A stretch of DNA of 59,372 bases, counting the filler, from Sphacelaria rigidula (taxonomy: Eukaryota), in assembly GCA_964200075.2 (NCBI GenBank). It is 3 parts of 3 records of this genome, joined end to end, with 100 filler letters (N's around TTAATTAATTAA, not from the genome) between each part and the next. Parts side by side here need not be neighbours in the genome. Positions count along the whole stretch, not along the records: positions 1 to 19,726 come from CAXNAA020000622.1; 2 more parts are not named here. One strand, written 5' to 3'. The notes below the pieces were generated by a model. It searched no databases. It had not been told where the DNA came from and was given only the letters and a program-made list of their open reading frames with translations. How positions within the stretch are numbered: the first letter of the stretch is position 1; every line of letters begins with the position of its first letter. Below, piece by piece: positions 1-12,453 of this stretch. The translations under genes were made by a program, and so were the position numbers.

Positions 1-488
1 ATGTATCACATGATCATGTTCCGTATCGTATGCCTCGAGTACCTACCGGTAGTCCGGGCAAGTTTGACGAGGCATGAGATAATGCTGCTACTTTGGCTAC
101 ATGTTGTCGCTACCGTGCGCTCGTGTACATACGTACATGCGTGTGAGCGTGGCCGGCGTCCGAGGCCATCAGGACAGAGCGGGCAAGTAGCAGAAGCAAA
201 TATGCAAACCCCGCGAAGGCCACCAGACTTTTCGATTCTTTCAGTGTTTTTGATGGATTTCTTGCAACAATTATCGTATTCAATTATTTTTCACGACAAA
301 AAAATCATGATAATTTCCGAAACAATGTTCTCCGGGAGGGGGGGGGGTCCGTGTCCCAAAATCTTCTCCGCACAGCCCCCTGGTGCATGTGCAAAATTTA
401 CATTTTTCGGTTTATGATCGCACCTCTACCGGGAATTGGTCTGTTAATAGCAGTACGCTGCATTTTATTACATGTATGTATGTACGGA

Positions 489-612
489 CCGGTAGCCCTG
501 GTTCTTCAGTTGGTAGCCTACTCCAAACCTTCTGACGGTCGGGACGTGTGTTCGAATCACGGTGAAGTCACGCGATCTGAGATTTTTTCTCACATCATGC
601 TTGACAGCAGTC
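489..612 (+). mobile_element. tRNA-derived SINE, 5' head fragment
   Basis: Contains cagttggtagcc...ccttctgacgg...gttcgaatc followed by cgatctgagattttttctcacatcatgc, matching the head of the copies at 1150, 28584 and 55687. Confidence 0.6.
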
Positions 613-1149
613 AGTGAGTGGAGGCGACGAAACATCTTGTTGTAGAATTTCCAATACTCCCTCTGATTTTCGAAATAAGTGCCAAAATGATTTTTCGAAA
701 TACAAGTGCAATATCTCTTGTATCCATGATTTCGTCATTGTTGGGGGTCGGATGTGGATGAAAACTCATTTGGGTTGATGAAAAAAAAACTCAAGGCTAG
801 GGAGGGGATGGTTGTTTAACGACCCCTGGTTAGATTTTCAAATGTGCAGAATATGGAGGGTTTCTACCGTATGGCGAGTGTTCCGGTGTGGCGATCGGAA
901 AATGCACTTCCGGCCGCTGTTTCCTAGCTGTGGGAACGCAACCCCTGCTTAATGCTGCGTGTTTCACGTCTGCCACAACCTCGCACTCGTCACTGGACAG
1001 CAGCCGAGCTCCGCTGCAGCCACCTTCTGCTTGTTTCAAAAAAGTATTCTGAAAAAAGAGCCAGATTTTCGTCACAGAAATCCAACGCCGAGTCTAGAAT
1101 GGCCTGAGACAACAACCAGTTTGAAAATTGGAATATCCTGATGCAGGTG

Positions 1150-1500
1150 CCGGTCGCCTCGGTGGCTGTTAGTAACCTGGAAACCTTTTTCTGATGGTTG
1201 GATCGTGGGTTCAAATGTCGGAGCGATCGAGGATTGTCTTCACACATTGCCCAACAGTGCAGAGCGACCATGTCATGGGTACACAAAATTCGACTTGATG
1301 GTTGATGACGGAAAGGGACTGGTGAACTCCTCTCGCGATAAGAGATAAAGGCAGGCACCGCAGAGGGAAGGTGGAAATATAGAACCCCCTCCCAACAAAG
1401 TCCTGTGTCGGCCTTTATCCTGTGTGACCCCGACTAGTGCGCCCACACACGAAAAGGTGCAGACCGGCGTCCACGATAAATATGAGACAAGACACACACG
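1150..1500 (+). mobile_element. tRNA-derived SINE, near full-length and diverged
   Basis: Degenerate A/B-box head, shared body (gggtacacaaaattcgact...ggcaggcaccgcagagggaagg...tgtgtgacccc) and an ACACAC tail. Confidence 0.75.
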
Positions 1501-2792
1501 CATCGATCCGCATCATGATGCACGGAAGGCGTCCGCATCAGATGCCTTTTCATGTGCATGACAGCAGCGAAGTCGGGGGAGATACAGGAGTGTTCCGAAT
1601 GGAGCACAAAGGTATTTCACCAACGTCAACTCCCACAGGAGAATCGGATAGTAGGCCAATGCTGTGATTCCCTCCCAACTAGCCACAGAAGCCACCAGGA
1701 CACGGTTCAGCCGTCTATTAGCAAATTATTCTTCAGTCGAAAAAGTGCCGCGAAAAAAGAATGTCATCTGACCCACATAGCACTTCCTCGATTGTTTCTT
1801 TTTGCCCCGAAAGACATGCCCCCAACTCGCACAGTATGGCGTGGGAAAGTGTGACTTGTGACAGAAACTGCCTTAGTCAACCCTGTAAGTACGAATACTC
1901 ATCATCGCTCTACTGTGGTGGTCTTCACCCTGATTTCTCACGCCCAGTTCACATGGAAGTATTGTTGTGGGCCGGAAAACATGAATCGAGCCGAATCTTG
2001 GGGAAGCTCCCCGCAATGTCTTTCTCCAAACAGAGACTGTCCCGCCAGTTGTTCCAGCATACAAGTGACGCATCGTACTCAACAGGTAAATTTTCCGTCC
2101 AAAGCAGCGCATATCCAAAAAGCACAGACTTCCTGGTTCACAAAATTCATTCATGTTCCCCGTCAGTAAAACCCCAAAAAGATAGGGCACGTTTAGGAGC
2201 GCAGTGAAAAGAACATGGCTCTGTCTTTCCAGCTACTTAAATTAGGTTCTGTCTATCCGTAGGCAAACCATTTCAACAACTCAATCCCCATCTCCGAACG
2301 GGCAAAAACACCGCGTCGTGCACATTTTCCAATACTCGAGAAAAATTGACGCGATGTTTCCACCTGCAGAATGCGGAGCAACCACATGTCGGATCGAACA
2401 CACGCGCAGCCACAATTCATTATGCGAATCTTTATTTCCGTCAAACAATGCTCATACACAAGAAACTCTAATCCGTGGGAAGTACAGAAAGAAGAAATCA
2501 AGAGGGGTGGTATGAACTGCATCTACGAAGTCGTCAAAGCGTCACCAACATACCAAATTTAGATCTTGATTCGAATCGGATCGACACTTCATGGAAAAAC
2601 AACGACTTTTCACCATGTCCATGCACAGCAATACAAGTCTCCAGACTCCTGCACCCCGCCATGCCACCCCTCGCTCGATAACTCCTCCTTCCCCCACTAT
2701 TTTCCCCTCTCTTCGGAGTACGAGATCGGTGGGACGATGGGAAAAAATAAATAGATGATACAGCAATATTTTGGTCATCTTCCATCAATCAT

Positions 2793-5700
2793 CTACGCGT
2801 GGAAAGGGACGCCGCCATGAAGAAGAATGGATTGGTGAACAAGGCCGCCAATGGCGGACATGGCCAGGCGCCCGTTCTTGATCTCCTGCAATTCATATTT
2901 TTCGCGGACCGCGTCGGGCTTTTCCGAGAGTTTCAGGGGGTCGAATCCGAAAGCTCCCGGCTTTGCCCCATCCTCGTGCATGTTTTCCATCGTCATTTTC
3001 CCCTGTTGATTTGGCGTTACGGGCGAGCAATATATAAGCGACGGGGATACACAAAAATTGTCAAGACACTCTCAGCTTTCTAAATGTAGGAAGTTATCGA
3101 AGGAGCCCAGCCTGAAAACGGATTCAAACTCCAAGAGCAATATTTCATCGACACAGACGACTTGGGCCGTGATCCGCATATCGTATTAATCGACTCCCAT
3201 CTGCTCAGAAGTTTGGGCCCATATTTTCTCGGTGATTGAACCCCATGTCTCTAGTATTTCACCACTCAAAGGGCTGACAGGTTGGGCGCACTTGTGTTGA
3301 CTCGCGCGTCTAATAGGCAAATGATGAAGCAAGTGTGAGGCTGGATCTAGAGAGACCTAGGTGACCGAAAGGGATCAGCACGGGTGCTGCGCTGGTTGGG
3401 CAAGTACCGCCGCAGTGTCCCCAAGTTACTCGTCATTTTCACGGCCACATATACAGGAATTCATGTACACGCTTATCCGGCCAAGCGCCCGGGGATTTGT
3501 CGACATTGCCAACCAGAGATCGGTTGCTCGCGTTGGGACGCAGAATTATGGCACGCGATTAGCAACGGGCATGTGACCAAGGTTTGGGCCCACCTTGTCG
3601 ACCAAGACACTGCAAATAACGTGTCAAAACACTAGGTGCTAACTCGAAAAAATGAGGCGCGTGGGACGATGTGTGCAAAATGTTCATGTGACGCTTTGGC
3701 TGCTTGCATCGATGGACTCTGACGATAAACCTGTGGTAACGCCTTGCGGCGCCAGGCGAGGGTACAGCCAAAGGGCCCCGATGTTTGGTTTGGTGTGCAA
3801 GCTCGCGCCGGGGGCACGACCAAGACCCGCCAATGCAACTTGCCCCAAGTCTAACCTAGGGTACACAGCGGAAAATCGCCAGGCACCAGTAACCCATGCC
3901 GTTGTTACACAACATGGACACTACATTGTCTTATCAAAAGTGTACAGTGTACAACAGGATCGACTATTGCAGTACACGTTTCAATAAGAATGACATCTGT
4001 TATTCAGAGGTACATCGTTGTCAGTGATTGGTGTAAGGCCGCGAAGGACGTTCACATAAAAAAACCGGGTGACACCTTGAATATCGAGTGTTCGATTGCA
4101 CCACGAAGTTGATGCGCGGTTCAGAAAATCGTTTCGTCCAGCGGTGCGAGGAGAAAAAAACACCAAGATATCTCAGCAAAGCAGCTTCACCAGTCGTCGA
4201 AAGAACGAGAAAAACGAACAGAATTGCACCCATGGCAAAGCAATAGAGGGCAGAAGTCATGTAGTCGCAGAATGTGAATAAAGCAAGGAGGAACGGGACG
4301 TGCTAAATGGGGAAATGCGGAACGTGAACGAAGGCAGCATGAAATCGTTTGGTGCATTAGACAGTAGGGAGAAGACGATGGCTATACTAGGAGATAGATG
4401 GTGGCCAGAGGCGGCGAAACAGAAAAGGGGTAAGGTATGGAGAGGCTTTGTGTAATTCATGTATGCAAGGAAACGTGGTGAGCTCCCAGATTTTGGAGGT
4501 GTCTTCATCAGGACTAGGAACGGTGCACTGTCTCGAGAGGGATGCACGTTCAATGGTCAAACGACTGAGGCACGCAACAAATAAGTAACCCCCCCCGCCC
4601 ACAAACAGGGAGTGACCTCCCCGTCCATGTTCTTCGAAGCTTTCAAGAGGACAAAGAAAATCTACTCAAGAACACTTTTCCTCATCAGACAGCAGAGTGA
4701 CATCCTCTTGCTTCAACTGACAACTGGGGCGCCGCGGCATGCTTGTCGGTAAATCAAGTTATCATATGGATCATGACCTACGCATCGCTAATTGCAGCGG
4801 GTGCAGCAGCGGCAATAGATGTATCGTGCTTAATTACCTATAGGGGATGTGTTTCATGTACTTCATCTTTCTACAAGTACACGGTAGGCAGGACTGCGCA
4901 GATGAATACTAGAACGCGCGGCCGATAGGGCGATGCTCGGAAGGTGACTTGCAATCCTGCACGAGCCAGACGTTAATTTTTGCGACATATTCCCTCATCA
5001 CTTGACTACATATATCGGGGATGGCACACAACCTCGCAAATTTCAGCAGCGACCAGAGCTCATGACACCAAAACTCAGTTTTCCGATCGAATTGTACCAC
5101 GATTTCGGAGGTTTAACCGCAGCACGGGGTGGCACGTTCTCAGTGCCGACATCCTTCTAGAGCATGACGGATAGGTACACGGACGAGCGTTGACATCAGT
5201 GTCATCCAAGAATGCGGGGTTTGTGATTGGTGAGTCACGATAGAGTTTTGCGATTCCGCCCGGCCTGTACCCTCACTTGAGACCTTCCGGACATGTTCCA
5301 CACGTTGGCCGAAAACACGTATCGACGCAGTGCGCAAACCTGTCAGCGGCTGCATCAGCTTCACGAGTGAGTACGTGAACTGACTCCAGTTCAAGAGCTC
5401 CGGCTGTGTCAATCAGCTCCAGTACTCAACTCTACACTATCTCTTTCCTACTACGGGAAAAAGAACGACAAAAAAGTGAGCGGCACCGAAATGTTACATT
5501 AGAGGCCTCTCTGGCAGGAGTAGGAACGGGGCTCCGTTTTGGGTATGAAATCCCCACTATAACAAATTATTCTCAAATGCCCCTGCTGCTGTAGAGCTGG
5601 TTGAAGAAACGTGCACATCGCTGAATCATGAGAAAATCAGAAAACTGATCTGTTTCAATCAACATAAAAAAAAAGTGTTTGTGCCGTTTCGAAGTCGAGA

Positions 5701-7728
5701 ATACACCATTACGTCGGGGTGTCATCCTCCGTTTCGAAGGGTGGTCCTTGTCTCTCATGACCAGTACACGTATCTTCGGTGTCGAATCTCTTGTTCTCTG
5801 TACTGGTTCGGGCGCCCCAGAAAGCACAAAAAATAGAGAAGAGCAGCAACTGCAATTTGTTGTTCTCCATCAAACAGCAGATGGTGTATATATGTAGATG
5901 TCCTTGAAAGGATTCGAGGCCATGATGCGGGCGCACCTTTGTACGTGGCGATAAGCGCGAGGTTGAAGGGGAGTTCTTGCTGGCCCGACTTGATTAATTA
6001 CACCAATACACCAAACGACGAAAATTTCACATGAGAACATGAAATTACGAGGGAAGGGACAACGGCTGTACAAAACACTGGTGTACACCAGCAGCATCGT
6101 TAGAGAAAAACGACGAACTCTCGGCATGTAACACTGACATAGCTGCAAACGGTACAGTGACAGAAGGACCTTGTGCTAACCGCCACTGTGAGAGTGGCAT
6201 TGGCCGTTGTCCCCGCCATTTTTCAGCATCTTGTCCGACACATGACAGTGCAGCACAACCAGGTATATTAGTACTCGAGGCTCTCATCCCATATGGCCGC
6301 CACACGATGGTCCAGCCGAGCCTCCGGGTGATCGGCAAAAGAGCCCGTTCGCGGGGTTCGTGTTGGGTGAGGTTTACTACTCCCTTTAAAGGAAAAAAAC
6401 AACAGCTACAATCTCGCGTTCCCCTTTTGAGGTGATTCGGTACACTACCGTGAGCGCATACATGGACGGTCCGTCTGTCATGTCAGGTAGGGGTCACGGG
6501 TTATCCGAACGCGATTTGTGCGAACAACCGGACGTGCGTAACAGTTTAAACTCGGAGGGCTACGACGCATGACATTCTCCCCTTCGCGGAAATTGGTGAA
6601 TAGTTAGCTTTTAGACATCCACACCGCCGAGTTGCTTTGGAACCAGTATACGTCTTCACAGGCAGAAAGGCAGACCGGGAACGACTGAGGCATGGCGTGC
6701 TGCATAAGGCTAGTTAGCAGACGAGTCGTGCACGGCCTTGCTCAAAGAGACTGCTTCTGCTGAGGTGGAGCAGTGCACTGCAGCACAGGTGCTGGACGCG
6801 AGCAATACACTATGATTTTTCCACTGCTTCCGTTGCATACGTACCATGCGAACGGCAACTGTCTTGGGATAACGTCAACAACACTGCAGTCCGTACATCA
6901 TAGTAAAAAGAACACAACGCACTGGGTGAACACAACACCCGTTGGCAGAAGCTGAAGAGCATGCCAGGCGGCTGTTCGTGCTGCTTCTCAACAACCGTTT
7001 CTAAGGTAGACCCAGATGCCCCCTCGCTCGGGGACTTCACGTACGGTAGACCAAGACGCACACGTCAGCTGGGCTACCACTTAATCATGCGCACTATACA
7101 TGCACATGTTTCAGCGACTCTGTATTCCTTGTGTAAATCCAAGACAAAACCGCTTGACTCATGCCAAGTAGTGCCCGTCTCACGGAGGACGCACTATTTC
7201 AACAGACAAACGACAGAAGTGACTGACCTTGTGGAAAGTCCACTCGAGGAAGCCGCAGAAGCAGAAGATCTGCAACATTGGGCTGGGTCCCACCGCGGCC
7301 ATCGCATCCACGGGGTTCTCCGACATGTATGCGGGACCAGGCAAGTGCACAACCTCCGAAACCAGCCACCCCACCACGGCGAGCATCGCGATACGGCCGT
7401 GCTTGATCTCAGATTCCCTCATAAACTTGACTGGGAATATCGTGGCGAGACCCAGAGGGTCAAAGCCAATGTCTCCCACCATGCCGTCCAAGTTCTTCGG
7501 CTTGGTCAAAAAGGGGATCGAGGCAGACATTTCCACCACAGGCGCCGCCGGGACGGGTTCCTCTTCCTCGACTTCGGCGGGTGCGGCTTCTTCTACCATG
7601 CGAAGCGGTGTTGAGGCCGCCCTGGCATGGTGCGTCCTGATCGCGTTGTGTGAAAACGATGGGGTTACGAACGCGGTCGCGCACGAGGCACATGCGGTCA
7701 TGGCACTTACGGTGGAAACGACCTTCAT
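2793..7728 (-). CDS. Fucoxanthin-chlorophyll a/c light-harvesting protein (LHC, Lhcr-like); exons 7728-7228 and 3002-2793, about 236 aa
   Basis: Exon 1 has a signal peptide and transit peptide (ATA-FVTP), then [12 protein letters not shown] and [18 protein letters not shown]. It ends EWTFHK|gtcagt. Exon 2 begins atcaacag|GKMTMENMH and contains PGAFGFDPL and [17 protein letters not shown]. The phase-0 GT-AG intron (3003-7227, 4225 bp) joins them in frame. Lhcr subfamily is judged from motif recollection only. Confidence 0.93.
4520..4600. repeat. Short (about 90 bp) interspersed repeat bordered by G/C runs; other copies at about 19900-19980 and 26480-26570
   Basis: Reverse complement of atttgttgc(g/t)tgcct(c/t)agtcgt(t/c)tgaccattga(a/c)c..gcatc(c/t)ct...gagac, seen three times. 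Confidence 0.65.
6270..6380. repeat. Interspersed repeat of about 110 bp; second copy at about 28150-28250
   Basis: ggtccagccgagcct(c/t)cgggt(g/a)atcgg...cgcgggg...ttgggt..ggttt is shared by both sites. Confidence 0.65.
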
Positions 7729-8347
7729 AGTTGCTGTCGCTAGATGCCGATGCTAGTGCTTCAGTGCTTGTGAGGCGCGTGCTGGTGTTTCTGCCGCGCT
7801 TTACTGTGTGGAACCCGTTTCGTGATGGAATGGGCCTGACAACACCTTTTCGTGGTTTGGGGTCAGAGGGGTGGTATATAAAACAAAATTGAGGTGTAGA
7901 CGGGAAAAACGAGGGGAAAATATATGACAAATAGAACAGTCGTCGTTGAAAGATTTACTTTCAACTCCTGAAAAACACGCCTCCTGAACTATTGTAAGAG
8001 GAACTGGTTCCACGGTTTCGCAAGTGAAACAGAAAAGTGCCGGTTCGTGATGAAAGAGGTCGGGTTCGGAGTTCGAAGTTCGAAGGACCTGGCAGTACTC
8101 TTGTACTGCATAGTAAAGTTGAGTGATCCAACGACAGGGGTGGGTGGGTGGGTCGATTATACGACACAGAAAGGTTAAAAGCTGAGTCTACACGACCTTG
8201 AATACCGTTATGCGTCGTCGTAGATTCGTGTGCTGTGCAGGATCTGTTATGGTGTGTTAGATATCGACCTAGTCATCACTTCGATACGATAGCAAACCTT
8301 TCAGCGTTCGACATTGTTGATAAATTGCGATACATTTCAGCGGAGTC

Positions 8348-8418
8348 TGTGTGACCCCGACTGGTACGCCCACATATACCGAATGGTGTAGACTGGCGTC
8401 CAGAATAGATGGGATGGC

Positions 8419-8475
<57 letters not shown>
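8348..8475 (+). mobile_element. SINE 3' fragment with expanded (CA)n tail
   Basis: tgtgtgaccccgactggtacgcccacatataccgaa..tgtagactggcgtccagaatagatggga is followed by about 27 CA units (8420-8474). Confidence 0.8.
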
Positions 8476-8477
<2 letters not shown>

Positions 8478-8577
8478 AGTGCGACGAGCGGGCAAGCTAG
8501 CCGAGTCCACTCGGTGTGCGAGCCCCAAACGCCCCCCCCCCCCCGACTGGCGGGGGGGGGCGTGAGAGGCGCCGCCG

Positions 8578-8785
8578 GATTGATTTTGGTCGATGATTGA
8601 TTTTGATTTTTGATTGATTGTCGCACTTTAACTGACCCTTCAGGTATCCAGCAATAATTGTCACACGATAGAGGTACCCGAGACGAAACGCAACTGAAAC
8701 ACTCGCTGAAGAAATAAAACGCGGAACATTTTTTTAATGTAGAACAGAACAACAACATACAGATAGCGACATATGTTGAGAAACT
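8578..8785 (-). mobile_element. LINE (RTE-like) 3' UTR fragment with degenerate (CAAT)n tail
   Basis: gattgattgtcgcactttaactgaccc... matches copies at 33940 and 39720; the 39720 copy is continuous with LINE ORF2 C-terminal remnants. Confidence 0.6.
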
Positions 8786-8984
8786 CTTTCTTGACTCGGC
8801 GTCTTATTTCCTCCCCGATTGTTGCAGAAATGCTTAAATCCAAATTATTTTTGTTCGAAGAGGTGCAAAACGCCAGGTGCTTAATTGTGAAGTTCTTCTG
8901 CGTAGTCGGGGGGGAGGGTCCAGGACCAGGGTGCCCGGTACAAAACTGACTGACGTGCCTGAGAGACGATCTCCACGCTTTCGG

Positions 8985-9695
8985 AGCCACAGACGGCTCT
9001 ATGGACGACACCCGCTAGACATTCGGAATCGACCGCGCCCTATAGACCTCAGCAGCAAATAAGGAGGGGGGGTTGCCGTGGCACGCGGGAGTGCTGCAGG
9101 AAGCGGAGAGGTTCATGACCTCATGGCACAGAAATGAAGAGGAAGCCCGCCAACTGCGTACGATTAGAAGGGAGACCAACGAAGCTCAAATAGCATAGCA
9201 ATGACGACGGTCCAGAGAAGGGGGGGCTAGGGGGTGAACCCACCGATGAGGGGTGTCGTTATGTCATGCAGTGCTTGTCTTGATACGCCTGGTATGCTTG
9301 TCCGTATGGTTGTCCCTCGAGAGGCCGAAAGATGGAAGCTTGTGATTCTTGGTTCTGTGGTTGTCGGTATTTGGGGCCTTGAGCCTCGCCCGTAGTCGGA
9401 CCCTGTGTTTATTTTGTTACTTGGCGTCGCGCGTCGAGTTGGAAAGCCGGGTGCCACCCCCTGAAGTCCGAATGACCACCTGCGGCACCGGATTTTCTGA
9501 GGTTAGCCACGTGTACTCTCTTTCTTCTTTATTATTTATCCCTGTTTTGCTTGTATCGCGTTTCGTGAGTTTTAATCTGGTTCATTTTTTTTTTTTTGCT
9601 GGCCTGTGACCACGGAAGGCGTCCGCATCAGATGCCCAGTACGAATGTACCGCGCAGATATCGGAACGGTTTTTAATGTGAAGACAACAACAGCA
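8985..9695 (+). mobile_element. LINE 3' fragment of a second family, with (CAA)n-like tail
   Basis: Ends ggcctgtgaccacggaaggcgtccgcatcagatgcc...aatgtgaagacaacaaca. The same terminal 26-mer recurs near 1521-1546. Family assignment is inferred. Confidence 0.45.
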
Positions 9696-10575
9696 CTAGA
9701 CCCCAATCCTACCGTCATTTTGTTCGTAATCATGTAAGTATTTTTGTTATAAACTCACGATACTAAAACTAGTATGAACATAGCCGGTAACGGCGAACTT
9801 CAAATAAACTGGATAAACTGCCGTCCTCATCACCAGTTCCAGTTGAACTCCAGTTCCAATTTAACTGCCAGTACAAACTGGTCTAGTTCACAGCCCTAGC
9901 TGTAGCACTGTACTACTGTAGCCAGAAGAGCCACTCAATCGACATGGTCTCTATTACGCACGTTGGGCGTTAATACTCCCCCCCTACTACTGACTGCCAT
10001 TTCTTTCCGGCCTGCTTCTGGATCTCCACGCTTGATACCAAGCCGTAGGTTTCAGTATAACCGCATACATGAATGGAGCAGTCGCAGGGGACAGGGGATA
10101 AGTTGACCTATGCTCACCCTCTTATGCCTCACGATTCCCTGTGAATTCGCGAGACTCAAACGCTGTATGAATCCAAGATATGCCGCGAAGAACACGCGTG
10201 ATGCCTCCTTTGCTCACACTTCGTCATACTCAGGCGGTTCTAACGGCTCACCCGACACCAGCGGCGCTGCCGCCGCTTGAGCCAATTCGTCTATGCTTCA
10301 AACACCTCACGGAGAGACTCTTGCCCGACTTGTGCGCCCTCCAGCTCACGAAGCGTTCCCCAGTGCTGTACGCTTCAAGTTGGTCTCCTTCTTTTTGCGG
10401 GCTAAAGTGGTTCTGAGCTGCTGCCCACTTCTCCTCGGCCAAACTCCTCTAACAGAGTGCCGGAAGAAATATCTAGATATAACAGCCTCTGCCAGACGAC
10501 GTGGGCAAGAGAACAATCCACGGGAGACTCCTCCAGTAGCACTGGCCTCGTGCTCGACAAGTCCTTTCTGCTCAC

Positions 10576-11300
10576 TTGTTAATATCACGGAGTGATCCTC
10601 AACAGGCCACATCAAGAGCCAGACAGCAAGAGGCCACACAGATGAGGGTCATCAATCCAGGATCCCCTACCTATATTCACCGATGCTTCGAAGATATGTA
10701 CAAGGACCGTCGGGCTATGACCCCCGACGAATTGCTAGATGCCGCGAAGCAGCATGCCGGGTACACCACAACCGGCGGCAAGCATGACACTGCGCGGGCT
10801 GCAGCAGACCTGCGTAGAGTACCTACTATGCCACTAAGCGGTGGAATTTCCGTGAAGGATCGTGCGACGATGGCCAATTCAGCTATGGAGAAGTTTCTCG
10901 CAGAAAACCTGACGGTGCAAGCCATGTACCGTGCGGAGGACAGAGGTTGGTTGCCAGGCCCGGCCGAGTCGGTTTCCATAGCTTTGGTGAACGGGATTTC
11001 GCCTCCGGAATTCAGGGCGTATGTTAGAAGTGTACTAACGTACGCTGACGGCTGGCAAAATAACCCGGCGGTGGTGTTCAAAAAACATTTTGAGACGGCC
11101 GACCAGTGGAAGTTCATTGAAGCACATAGCCGGCGCGATTCTGCAACAAGGGCAGGTGGTATGTGCCGCAAACAGCAACAGCAACAGTAACAGCAACTGT
11201 CTTCGCGAGCGTCGTCGACTCGCGCGTGTTGCAACTGCGGCGACACCGAACATATGATCAAGGATTGTCTGCACAGGGCAATGCGCCAGATTCATCAGGA
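10576..11300 (+). pseudogene. Gypsy gag remnant with CCHC zinc knuckle
   Basis: A 204-aa ORF is followed, after a stop and frameshift, by CNCGDTEHMIKDC (CX2CX4HX4C) at about 11230-11268. Confidence 0.75.
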
Positions 11301-11644
11301 TATCAGGGCGGTCATCACCGTGGATGGGGCCGTGCCAATCAGGGATGCGGGCGCGGCGGCCGCGGTAGCAAGCAGTCGGCGATGGATGGTGGTTCCTCCG
11401 CTGCTGTTTCTTCAACGACGTCATCAGATCATAACTCTGGATCTTATGGTTCGTCCGTAGCGGAGTGGACAGTGTACGTGGGAAATGCTAATACTTCGGT
11501 GGGGAGAGCTGGAGCGAATAGTTCGCAACCCCTCGGCCAGGGAGGATCCGTGTCCGGGGCATTTCCTACGGCTGCGACGGCTGTGACAGCGCGTCTGCAT
11601 ATTCGGCGACTTGGTCTGGTTCGACCGACAATCCGCAGCTATCG

Positions 11645-12355
11645 ATGCCAAGTGCTGAAGGGCAGCCCTGGTGTCAGGTGACTCTTAGTACAGAACAGGG
11701 TTCTTTGGCAGGCGTGGTACCTGTCGATCGCAAGACTGAATGCTTACGCGCAGATGTAACCTTGCCTGGTTCTGTAGGTTTGTTCATGGCCCGCATTATT
11801 CTGGATTCTGGGTCCGCGCTCACGTCGACCAGTGTGGGGTTGCTAGAGCAGATGTCTTCGCAGTTTGGCGGCGCTCAGCTTCAGATGCCGTTCGAAAACG
11901 GACCGCAAACGGCACAGACCGCCACGGGTGCTCCCGTGACGGTTATACACAAACCGGTGCCGATTACTGTTAGCGTGCGTACGCCGTGGGTGACTGGGGA
12001 TTTGCAGCCCATTCCTTTCGCTGTCATGCCCGGTAGGGACAACATGGTTCTGTTTGGGATGGCGACGATGAAGGAGCTCGGGATTGATCTGTACCCGCTG
12101 GCGTTGGAGAAGTTACGCCCGCGTGCTGTGCCGGTGCAAACCGGCTTGGAAAACCCCAGTTACCTTGCTGCAAGGCGTGTGATCGTACCTATACGGTCAT
12201 TCCAGAGCGCCGATGAGGAGGAGGCTCCTACGGATGAAGTGGTGAAGCGCTTGGTCGGTGGGACCCGGACATGTTTATGGACCCAGCGGAGGAGAGAGGT
12301 GAAAGAGGACGTGCGCTTGAGGATAGTCTGCGGCAGGCCGAGCAGAAGGGCCTGA
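11645..12355 (+). pseudogene. Gypsy aspartic protease region
   Basis: IILDSGSALT active-site motif and a downstream VLFGMATMKELGI motif. Confidence 0.8.
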
Positions 12356-12453
12356 GCACCGATGGCGCACATTGTCTGCGCGATATGTTCGCTCGTCGCG
12401 TAGATATATTTCGTCGTGCGCTGCGTGGTGATCCCCCAGCGCGCGTATAGTCA

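Noticed and set aside
3360-3870. Possible degenerate RT motifs ([10 protein letters not shown]) in the LHC intron
   Set aside because: The similarity is too weak to support without a search.
6961-7756. Plus-strand ORFs of 217 and 175 aa
   Set aside because: They are antisense shadows of LHC exon 1.
8269-8758. ORFs with CVCVCV or HTHTHT repeats
   Set aside because: They are translations of the (CA)n SINE tail.
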